DNA from: Clostridia bacterium
GTDB taxonomy: Bacteria > Bacillota > Clostridia > Christensenellales > UBA1242
Assembly (NCBI GenBank): GCA_045534555.1
Contig: JAZSJW010000024.1
Location: 1-54,489, forward strand
Direction of reading: 5' to 3'
DNA: 54,489 nucleotides
The position numbers and the translations under genes were made by a program. Under the pieces are notes generated by a model, which worked only from the letters and a program-made list of their open reading frames with translations, was not told the DNA's origin and did no database searches. This document shows, one piece after another, positions 10,301 through 17,078 of this stretch (position 1 is the first letter of the stretch; each line of letters opens with the position of its first letter).

Positions 10301-12831
10301 ATGGCTCATCTCCAGCGGATATTATATCAGGTTCTACTTTAACTGTTAAATTTGACCATTCATTTGGAATACTTAATGAGGCGACAAGACAGGGATATAC
10401 ATTCCTTGGTTGGTTTGTTTCTAAGGATGTTGGATCAGTTCAAGTGTCTCAAGGGGATAAATTAAATCTTGAATTATACAACAATATTATAACAAAAACA
10501 GATGTTGTGGGTTCAAGAGAAATAACTTTATATGCTAAGTGGGATAAGATAAAATATACCTTGACAATCAATCCTAATGATGTGTCATATAGTAATGGAT
10601 CTTCTCAAGCGGCAGATGATGGGTTAGGCGGATACACGCAAGAAGTAACTTATGATACAGAGTTTACTTTAGGGGCAATAAAACGTATAGGTTATGATTT
10701 CTTAGGTTATAAGAGTGTTAAATTATCTTCAGACCAAGCTAAAGTTAATAGTTTAGATTACATAGCAAATGGAATTAACTCACATAACAAGATAGATTAT
10801 TCAATTGGCAATGCATCTTCTGGATATAATCTTTTAATAGATGATGTAAATAGAACAATAACACTTTATGCGGTTTATGTAGCAAAGGTGTTTAAAGCAT
10901 ATGTAAATCTTAATAATGATGTATTAAAAACTTATGGCAGAAATGATGGTAAGTTTAAAGCGGAAATTAGTGGTGGTGGAAATGTAGAGACATCAACACA
11001 CTATACAGATTTGTTTGTTGAATTTGAATTTGATAAACAAATGGGCAATATATCAACGATTAGTGTTACTCCAATTGGATATATTTTTGAAGGTCTATAT
11101 TCAAACACAAGTTTTGATTTGATGGTTAATTCTGACACAAATAAAATAACAGCAACGACAGTGTTTAATAAAGAATTGTTTGATAAATTGACATATAGGG
11201 CTTCAGGTGATAATTTAACAGATGTTACAGAGCTGTTGACATTATATAACTCAAACCCTCAAAAATTAACATTCTCAATGTATGCACATTACACATACAA
11301 AGACTATAGTATCAATTATATAAATGGTAAAAACACTTCAGAAATTTATTTGTCAACTAGTGCAAAAGGCTTAGATTATGAATATAGTGGCTATAATTAC
11401 AAAAATACCAATGCTGGTAGTGCGGATTTATCTATAACAACAACTTACGGTAATGATTTTGTTTTAGATATTATGACAAACGAAGGTTATTACGTAAGTA
11501 AAATATTACTAAACTATAATAACGGAAGTACAGAAAAGTCCTCATGGTTATTATTTACATGGAATACGAATAAGAGTTTAGTGGCTACATTTGATGGCGA
11601 AGAATTAGCTTTTGATTTGGATAATTACACTAACTTTATGGGACAAACTGCCTACGTTATAGATGGTATGTATTTAAAAGTCATTCCATATAATGAAGAT
11701 GGCAGTGATGTTAATAATGTAGTATATGATGCGTTTAGAATAGTTTTGGGATTTGATTTTGTAAAATCTAATTTCACTATTAGTGCGGAAAGTGAAAGGC
11801 AATATTTTGATGTTGAGTATTATAGACAATTTAATGGATATTCTGCATATATAGATGAAGAGGATTTACCAGATAATTATCTATATACAAAACAAATTTA
11901 TTATGGTGATGCTTTTAATAACGAATGGTTAGAAAAGGTTTATACTCGTAAATTTAATTTTGACGAAACTAAAGGGTGGCGTTATGGCTCAAACAATTTA
12001 GGTGTTCTTTCTTGGACTGAAAATCAAGCTTTGGTTGGTGACATTATTACAGAAAACAAATATATTGTAGGAAATTATGACATTAGCTTAGATCAATCTG
12101 TAACATACTATTTTTGGGATATTACAACATCTAGCTATGTTGAAAGAACAATAACAAGTGAAGAATATATATTTGCATACTATCATTCAGGCTTAGGATG
12201 GGTTGGTGGTGAAAATGATGAAAATCTCTATGATTTAGATAGTTACAAAACAGCTGTTGTTGGTGGTGTAGAGCATAGAGAAAAGAATAATACTGCTGGT
12301 AAGGTGTTAAAATTACCTACATCGTCAAGTGAATTATGGCCAGAGGGAACATTCTTTGCGGGCTTTGTAGTTACAGATGTAGCACCAGTTGGATATTACA
12401 CTTCAGAAATATTTAATAGCTTACCTAAATTTGATAATACAACAATTGTTGAAGAAAAATTTGTCGTATATGCTGTATATGATGAGGCTAATTTCGAACT
12501 TTCTATGAATGGAAATCAAGCAAAAGTTGATTTATCATTTGGTGAAATATTGCCAGATGGAACTGTAAGTTTATTCAATTATAGTGACGTTTATGTTTTA
12601 GGCTTATCTTCAGTACAAAAGGCTGAATATGATGCAAAAATTTCAACAGCTGGCTATACAAAAGAAGTTGCTTTAAGAGAAATATTAAATGCGAATTACT
12701 CAGGGGCAGAGCAACTTACATCTATAAATTATACGTCTGTTACACCTGCAGATTATTATATAGCAGTTATATTTAAAATTAACGAATATGGTAATAGATA
12801 TTTATATGCTGTAAGTGAAAATGTATTTTAA
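4393..12831 (+). CDS. Giant membrane-anchored surface protein with InlB B-repeat (Listeria-Bacteroides/Flg_new-like) domains, ~2812 aa
   Basis: GAGGTG SD before ATG 4393. Basic N-terminus plus one hydrophobic helix. Recurrent 'R/K-x-G-Y/H-T-F-x-G-W/Y ... TLYA-x-W/Y' units (e.g. KEGHTFVGWFD..ITLYARW, RQGYTFLGWF..ITLYAKW). Beta-rich N-terminal region. Confidence 0.85.
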   Translation: MVLTTKQRRGLNIFFIALFVAVILSGIGLGIFFMLKDEGGLTARQKQFGYNVNASNLKAQVQNIDTERLPSDVEFDDIVICSGDYVVTKDLSENYLIYSLVTNQTVPIDSMVTYDAVKAIYNNFAFVSQGDILKLINLKTGRLTCVLSNVSYVMKNNYLLLETSDGNKISYSEDLQTENNVLSVLINMATTETIFKVTDLEFVIDVELTNNYFIATYRDKTDIYSLNNFALVKSFDNVGEEALQTSNVVSFVDGKTYHMATYFKAYELSKNAVLIEKMQTTNNDDFDIKANLYSGLEQGYYLSYQIFDLKTSKLIDLKASNNVVKKVDTNLGDDYFAVLFCPIKDKAIIQENKSIIKYYQIDKRDNSRKIYNIVSYDYNAFGKIVGFNGNSLVTSGGTNSTTLDFNGNKNTSLSLNDGDKISMSNYDNVVVVSSLIGQKRILSKTGETLVEGNFSKVSPFIDGYAIAQDIDGYYLISAKGQKTIIDNFAVALSDYVFMGIGFYFTEEDEMFNVYNIKGEKLYSHAVVTLTYDAAINKILLAVKADKNYLIDITPINKLLITDDKSAGNNVQLNNLTIKSFGLKSYVKNVAEEDDEITPTIDISVNDEFGYGTVTNTFDLDFSSITFTSFDQLTEWQKNFLPAFDDEENCLYVSEGYTFAVEGMHVYTGYNYSLAIIQLAVVSGGDESLTGGYYYMITLAMKNSYLYSLEATSSLLENQSEMLKTYHNGIVNASIDASTRVIPAVSLDGKGLTYFDQSIDDEARVVNYNSVGYDGGLILASTYCDKINLTFTMSNIFNGNDYDTNYIDWTGFALSEPMEYDFEKYQITILNDNGTSYAQISAKEGYLITEFDFVTAKASTNTYEDIEILTQEQYTTLSSFAKFVITQSEGEFSLFKFTNVCIVERYSILSFVGFEGSEETESEKFTTYYFHGYGQDLVSSYNPAYFGFENFARKTQVNVLERRGYEFKGYSLNGEMVVGESGLIIAAIDYKNLFSIDTSAMQPQTFNLKAEWEAKRYYIYFVNDGEALSGQEKNVTFDQSVGVLPSLEKEGHTFVGWFDVNSSEGGNCYTADTIYKVDDDITLYARWTPDVYTLTFDANISSYQDLDVGGFVYNITDVYFMEAIGEAVAGDDFSGYTKNITYGLTYGALPRIVAYNSENSFGGKKEIYVFKGWFDAASGGTLYDGHEEVSLSSARTLYAQYEREVYNISLETNGSFDTMAYVGSTDAGVKTTMSTRDTWSDEANIYQMYSLQGEDAILDVSVLQGTYVSSIEFKVYDNFGNTTTYVIDGVWNSLAPTNYGVVLAEGSEELPSNITVVNDGFNLKINLTKMFEAYNKKYADIKVTIENMQFSNVIKITAPEGQDLSAIIMDSDDNEMQEYTQSDASYNNSLTLRTKSNSVNNSSGEVVDKSYLTKITVDGTTINFTVNYDLTSKRNVISTDYEALETNAYSSTYIVGNVTFVITYNNGTGLYECMFTIINTENHLIDVEYGIKTIVTSIVSNNCGEGSIDGIDVTSNISNLSTNSIVSSDTIVYNVKPKENILVNYISVKIGSGDYQYLAYPGYEIKELNVVQNMGKIVNANLNPEIVGTNVKISYNQEAESFVITINNISSDISFLFDYVTYKLIHVDVEQEGDNVFDIVTQNGDNLNALTKTQQADRITSGDIYKFGVAVDADTYRYNYLILGLSESVNTLTLNTLVESNYSYKIAAVEPVGSEQIVLDSNKTSAQIKEVFASKFVIELVDISVAIKSYLGIGGGDFESDPRTGFGLLTQLTARYYDINNLDTATSSELNSSVLEIELLGSYLSIEISDIEGYIYNSSRTGLFASGEKLPVDYSKSGSVHTLTYTLTDLSIDSYTFDVYFDAIEYDVNYISIDGNGVSSETVGRTENSHHVYNVWSNLSTNGYSRTGYTFLGYSKEEVSGIDLSEVDYTSNQVLEENLTSTNGATVTLYSVFRANEYNIVLNENDETHSNGSSPADIISGSTLTVKFDHSFGILNEATRQGYTFLGWFVSKDVGSVQVSQGDKLNLELYNNIITKTDVVGSREITLYAKWDKIKYTLTINPNDVSYSNGSSQAADDGLGGYTQEVTYDTEFTLGAIKRIGYDFLGYKSVKLSSDQAKVNSLDYIANGINSHNKIDYSIGNASSGYNLLIDDVNRTITLYAVYVAKVFKAYVNLNNDVLKTYGRNDGKFKAEISGGGNVETSTHYTDLFVEFEFDKQMGNISTISVTPIGYIFEGLYSNTSFDLMVNSDTNKITATTVFNKELFDKLTYRASGDNLTDVTELLTLYNSNPQKLTFSMYAHYTYKDYSINYINGKNTSEIYLSTSAKGLDYEYSGYNYKNTNAGSADLSITTTYGNDFVLDIMTNEGYYVSKILLNYNNGSTEKSSWLLFTWNTNKSLVATFDGEELAFDLDNYTNFMGQTAYVIDGMYLKVIPYNEDGSDVNNVVYDAFRIVLGFDFVKSNFTISAESERQYFDVEYYRQFNGYSAYIDEEDLPDNYLYTKQIYYGDAFNNEWLEKVYTRKFNFDETKGWRYGSNNLGVLSWTENQALVGDIITENKYIVGNYDISLDQSVTYYFWDITTSSYVERTITSEEYIFAYYHSGLGWVGGENDENLYDLDSYKTAVVGGVEHREKNNTAGKVLKLPTSSSELWPEGTFFAGFVVTDVAPVGYYTSEIFNSLPKFDNTTIVEEKFVVYAVYDEANFELSMNGNQAKVDLSFGEILPDGTVSLFNYSDVYVLGLSSVQKAEYDAKISTAGYTKEVALREILNANYSGAEQLTSINYTSVTPADYYIAVIFKINEYGNRYLYAVSENVF

Positions 12832-12834
12832 AAT

Positions 12835-12870
12835 GGTGGTGGAAGATTTTTCTTCCACTGCTGTTTGATT
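12835..12870 (+). terminator. Probable terminator hairpin
   Basis: GGTGGTGGAAGA-tttt-TCTTCCACTGCT (G-U pairs) just after the stop; the U-tail is weak. Confidence 0.6.
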
Positions 12871-12909
12871 TAATTAAATTAGTTTTTTATGAAATTGGCT
12901 AAAAACAAG

Positions 12910-12938
12910 TTGACATAAATTTTTGTTTTTGAGATAAT
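12910..12938 (+). promoter_or_regulatory. SigA-type promoter of lipoprotein gene
   Basis: TTGACA-N17-GATAAT with a TG extended -10; SD AAGGAG downstream. Confidence 0.7.
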
Positions 12939-12969
12939 AAACTTGTGAAATAGTATTAAGGAGATAGAA

Positions 12970-13629
12970 ATGAAAAAGATTTTTAAAAGCATATCAATAA
13001 TTTGTTTAATGCTTATAATGCTTTGTCCTTTGGCTTTAGTTGGTTGTGATAAACACTATACTATTGATATAGATGTTGTCGAAGGTAAAGGTTTTGTATA
13101 TTTAAAAGATGTAGAGGGCATTAGTGTTGTTGGAGATAATGCTGTTGATGCAGGCGAAAAGTTTGAGTATTATATTGTACCTAGAGCAGGTTATAGAATT
13201 TCAAAGATTGTTGTTGATGGTAAAGAACAAACAAACTATTCGGATACAGGCGCATACTTAAATTTTGAAGATGTTAAAGAAGATCATAATGTTGATGTAT
13301 ACTTTATCAAAACAAATTTAGTTGTAACTTTCTATTGTGTATCAGCTTCTGGTTCGTTTGAAGTTTTTAAATATGTAGAAGTCAATGATGGTGGATATGT
13401 AAACTTAAATGAAACAACAAATGGTGGAGGGGTTGCTCTTTGGTATAGAAAAGATGGAACACAAAACATTTATATTTACAATCATTCAACAGACATAAAT
13501 GCATCAAAAGACGATATAGATGTAAATAGTGGTCTTGAATCAAACATTCTTTATGTTAGAAATGTAGATGCTGAAATCTATTGTGATAAAACAGCAGATG
13601 AATTAATAGCTATGGGTGTTACAAGATAA
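12970..13629 (+). CDS. Lipoprotein with divergent InlB-B/Flg_new-like repeat
   Basis: Signal peptide ending in lipobox LVGC; 'YIVPRAGYRISKIVVDG...FEDVKEDHNVDVYF' resembles the divergent InlB B-repeat. Confidence 0.7.
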   Translation: MKKIFKSISIICLMLIMLCPLALVGCDKHYTIDIDVVEGKGFVYLKDVEGISVVGDNAVDAGEKFEYYIVPRAGYRISKIVVDGKEQTNYSDTGAYLNFEDVKEDHNVDVYFIKTNLVVTFYCVSASGSFEVFKYVEVNDGGYVNLNETTNGGGVALWYRKDGTQNIYIYNHSTDINASKDDIDVNSGLESNILYVRNVDAEIYCDKTADELIAMGVTR

Positions 13630-13636
13630 TAAACAA

Positions 13637-13680
13637 TAAAAAATAAAAGACATCAATTTGTGTTGATGTCTTTTTATTTT
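13637..13680. terminator. Bidirectional terminator between convergent genes
   Basis: AAAAGACATCAA-tttgtg-TTGATGTCTTTT flanked by A- and T-rich tracts. Confidence 0.85.
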
Positions 13681-13681
13681 G

Positions 13682-14674
13682 CTAAAATCCAATTAGTTGA
13701 ATGGTATAACCGATAGAAATTCCAATTGCTAGCATTGCACCTAAAATAGCAAAGTTTTGTTTAATATTTTTATTTTGTTTGAAAAGTATTACAAATGCAA
13801 TTCCTGCATTAACGATTAGACCTGCAACTAAAGCACCAAATCCTATTCCTCCAATAGAATAAAGGTTTGTTATAACTACCGAGCTTGCGCAGTTTGGTAT
13901 TAATCCAATTAATGCGGAAACCAAAGGTGCAAGGTCTTTGCTTTTAAGTAAAAAGCTTGTTAGTTTGTCTTCACCAAGCCATTCAATTAGGCCGTTAAAG
14001 ATAAAGTTTATTATCAATATAAATCCAAATATTTTAAGTGTGTGAATAAGTGGGTGAATTAAAAACTGTTTTAACTTTACTTTATGAGATGGACTTTCAG
14101 ATAGGTGGTGACCACAACAGCCTGTTTCTATCGAAATTTCATTATCGTGTTGTTTGTCATTATGTTCATTATCTTCGTGATTGTGGTTATGGTCATCTTG
14201 TGTTGTTGAGTTAATATTTTTATGGTCTAAGTTTAATTCTTGATGGTTGATAGGTGTTAAATGTTTTATGTTTGTCTTTTTAAAAATTAAGTCAACTAAG
14301 TAACCGATTAAGACTGCGGCGGCAAATTTAACGAGGAGTAACGGAGCTAAAGCTAATATGTTATCTGGTGAAGATAAGAGGAGAGGAATTGCTTCATCAC
14401 TTGTTGCTATATATACAGCAATAAGGGTACCAAGTTTTATTTTATGTTGTGCAAATAAGTCTGTAGCCACAACTGAGAAACCGCATTGTGGAACAAGTCC
14501 AAAACCAGCTCCGAAAAGAGTGCTCCATTTGTTTGTAAGAAGTTTTGAGTATTTGAGCTTTTTCATGGAGTAATATTCCAAAACTTCTATGAGAATATAC
14601 GAAATGAATAAAAATGGCAACAGTATAACTGAATGCTCAAGAGTATGAAGCAAAATATGCCAAAATTCTTTCAT
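13682..14674 (-). CDS. Putative metal (manganese-type, DUF2899/ArsP_2-like) transporter with His-rich central loop
   Basis: Multiple TM segments; paired motifs GLVPQCGFSV and GLIPNCASSV; ATSDEAIP; central His/Asp loop with CCGHH. Confidence 0.75.
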   Translation of the reverse strand: MKEFWHILLHTLEHSVILLPFLFISYILIEVLEYYSMKKLKYSKLLTNKWSTLFGAGFGLVPQCGFSVVATDLFAQHKIKLGTLIAVYIATSDEAIPLLLSSPDNILALAPLLLVKFAAAVLIGYLVDLIFKKTNIKHLTPINHQELNLDHKNINSTTQDDHNHNHEDNEHNDKQHDNEISIETGCCGHHLSESPSHKVKLKQFLIHPLIHTLKIFGFILIINFIFNGLIEWLGEDKLTSFLLKSKDLAPLVSALIGLIPNCASSVVITNLYSIGGIGFGALVAGLIVNAGIAFVILFKQNKNIKQNFAILGAMLAIGISIGYTIQLIGF

Positions 14675-14738
14675 TTATTTTCTCCTTTAAAATATTATAA
14701 CATAAAATTTAACTTTAGGCTATTAATTACATTTTATA

Positions 14739-14767
14739 AATATAAATTTAGTGTCGAAAAAAGTCAA
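14739..14767 (-). promoter_or_regulatory. SigA-type promoter of the transporter; a Spo0A-box match lies in the spacer
   Basis: Minus strand TTGACT-N17-TATATT; TGTCGAA at 14752-14758 on the + strand. Confidence 0.5.
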
Positions 14768-14862
14768 CCACTTTGCCTATTTTTTTTTCAATTATATAAT
14801 ATTTATTTTACTTGAATTTTTATTTATGATATAATAACTAAAAATACAGTTAAGGGGTAAGT

Positions 14863-16068
14863 ATGGAAGAGCTTTCTACTGAAAACCAAAAGAAAAACAA
14901 GTATTCTCTTGTTACTGGTGAAAAAATAAAAACTAAAAAGATAAGAAAACTAAAGAAAGAACATAAAAAACAGGATAAACTTGATAAGATTGAAGAAAAA
15001 AAGTTTAACAAAAGAAAAAAGAAGGTTGATAAAAAATTAAATAAGAATAATGCTATAACTGTTGAGGCGAAGACTGTATCAAATAACGGACTTGTGTTAA
15101 ATGATGAAGTGAATAAAGTTAACCTTGAAACTGTTGATAATATTAATGTTCAAAAAGTTAAAGAACAAGGCAGAGAGGTTTTAATTGTTCGTAAAAGTGA
15201 AAGAGGAAAGCCTAAAACACTACGTAGTAAGGTAAGAAATCTTTTAAGTTATGTTTTAGTTGGTTTTGTTGCAATCTTTTTTGGTTATTTAGCAGGAAAC
15301 TTTTATGTGGCTAATGTTTTAAATAATGTTGACTACAGTGCATTTAGTGAAGATGTGTTGAGAGATGATGCGAAGGTTGTTTATGAAACAATAATAGCTT
15401 CGGGCAAGTCTTTAGATAAGGTTTCTGCTGGAGAATTGTTTGTTGCTAGTGAATATGTTTTAAATAACCAAGACAATTATTATGCAACTACAGTTGGAGC
15501 AATTCAACCAAGTATTGGTTCTAAGCAAGATATCTGGGGATATAAAAAGAAAACGGGAAATATTTATGAGTGTGAAAGTGCATCAAAAGGAATGCTTTCA
15601 TTAGCCGAAAAATACTATTATGATATAGAAGCAAAAAGTGCTCAAATATATAAAGCATCAAAAATTTCGTCAGGGTCAACCACATATCCAGAAAATGCGA
15701 CTTGGAATATGACTTATGATGAGTACAAAGAAGAATATGGAACAAGTCCAGATGCTCCGTGTGTACCGTACATTATTTCATCGCAAACAATAGTTGAGGG
15801 TACTGAAGCGGTAACAAGTATGGGTGGTGGAAAATATAAAATTTCATTCTCTCTCACAAATGATTCTTCTGTTATAAATTATGTAAAACAAGTTAAGCAT
15901 ATGTCAGGGCTAGAAAGTTATCCAACCTTTAAAGTAATAAATGTTACAGCAATAATTGATAGTGATATGAAGTTTACATATATTAGATATGATGAAGCTT
16001 ATACTGTAATGTATTTTGGAGTTATGGCTACATGTTCTGGTTATGTTGAAAACAATTTTACTTACTAA
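14863..16068 (+). CDS. Hypothetical single-pass membrane protein with Lys-rich N-terminus
   Basis: SD AAGGGG; ~125-aa highly basic region, one hydrophobic helix (LLSYVLVGFVAIFFGYLAG), then a Tyr/Ser-rich C-terminal domain. Confidence 0.75.
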   Translation: MEELSTENQKKNKYSLVTGEKIKTKKIRKLKKEHKKQDKLDKIEEKKFNKRKKKVDKKLNKNNAITVEAKTVSNNGLVLNDEVNKVNLETVDNINVQKVKEQGREVLIVRKSERGKPKTLRSKVRNLLSYVLVGFVAIFFGYLAGNFYVANVLNNVDYSAFSEDVLRDDAKVVYETIIASGKSLDKVSAGELFVASEYVLNNQDNYYATTVGAIQPSIGSKQDIWGYKKKTGNIYECESASKGMLSLAEKYYYDIEAKSAQIYKASKISSGSTTYPENATWNMTYDEYKEEYGTSPDAPCVPYIISSQTIVEGTEAVTSMGGGKYKISFSLTNDSSVINYVKQVKHMSGLESYPTFKVINVTAIIDSDMKFTYIRYDEAYTVMYFGVMATCSGYVENNFTY

Positions 16069-16104
16069 AAAACGCAAAATGGTTAATTTTGGAGTGAAAA
16101 AACA

Positions 16105-16956
16105 ATGAAAAACAAGTGGTTTTATGGTAAAAATATTGTTTTGTCGGGGGCTTCTAGTGGTATAGGCTTTTACATGGCAAAGTATTTAGCAGGAAAATTT
16201 AGTTGTAATGTAATTGGCTTAGGAAGAACGGAAGGTAAGCTAATAAAAGCAAAAGAAGAAATTGATGAGTTTATTGAGGAGTGCTGTAAAAAAAAGAAAA
16301 ACAAAATAAAAGGCAGTTTCCAGTATAAAGTTTTAGATGTTTGTGAGTTATCTGCTTGGCAAAATTTAAAATCAGAGTTTGATAAAGAAAACTTTAAAAT
16401 TGATGTATTAATTAATAATGCAGGTATTATGCTTCCTTTTGATAAATTTAAAAATCATGATTTAAGTACTTGCTTAAAAGTTATGGAAACAAATTTTAAC
16501 TCTCATCTTTATTCGTACAAAACATTTATTGATGATCTGATAAAACATAAAGGTGCGATAATAAATATTGCAAGCTCTGCTAGTATTTGTCCAGTTGTAG
16601 GAACTGCAATTTATTCAGCAAGTAAAGGTGCTGTAAAAAACTTTACTGAAGTGATTGCACAAGAACACAAAAAAGAAATTTACGTAGCATGTGTTTGTCC
16701 AGGGTATGCTCTTACAGAGTTATTTAGAAATGAGGCAGAGCTTGGTAAATTTGTTGTAAGTTTTGCAATGAGTGGAGAAAAAATGGCTCTTAAAATTTTA
16801 AGAAAAATTGCACGAAGAAAGAAACGAATTGTTCTTGGTAAAGATGCTCATTTGATGAGTGGTTTATATAGACTATCGCCAACATTTGCAACAAGTACTG
16901 TCACTAATGTGTTAAAGTTAAGTAAAGATAAAATGTTTGACAAGGTTTTTAAATAA
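16105..16956 (+). CDS. Short-chain dehydrogenase/reductase (SDR)
   Basis: SGASSGIG nucleotide-binding motif, NNAGI, catalytic YSASK, CPG. Confidence 0.93.
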   Translation: MKNKWFYGKNIVLSGASSGIGFYMAKYLAGKFSCNVIGLGRTEGKLIKAKEEIDEFIEECCKKKKNKIKGSFQYKVLDVCELSAWQNLKSEFDKENFKIDVLINNAGIMLPFDKFKNHDLSTCLKVMETNFNSHLYSYKTFIDDLIKHKGAIINIASSASICPVVGTAIYSASKGAVKNFTEVIAQEHKKEIYVACVCPGYALTELFRNEAELGKFVVSFAMSGEKMALKILRKIARRKKRIVLGKDAHLMSGLYRLSPTFATSTVTNVLKLSKDKMFDKVFK

Positions 16957-16960
16957 GATA

Positions 16961-16992
16961 AAAAGGTTGATGTTTCGACATCGACTTTTTTT
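16961..16992 (+). terminator. Rho-independent terminator (UUCG loop)
   Basis: AAAAGGTTGATGT-ttcg-ACATCGACTTTT plus a T-run. Confidence 0.85.
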
Positions 16993-17078
16993 ATTATTTA
17001 AATCATTTAGTTGCTGAAAAATAAATATGTATGTTATTATTTACATAAGTAAATAATTTTAGTATGGGAGATTTAATT

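Noticed and set aside
14703-14728. MntR/DtxR-like operator upstream of the metal transporter
   Set aside because: Only a weak imperfect palindrome (TAAC-tttag-GCTA) in very AT-rich DNA; not distinguishable from chance by eye.
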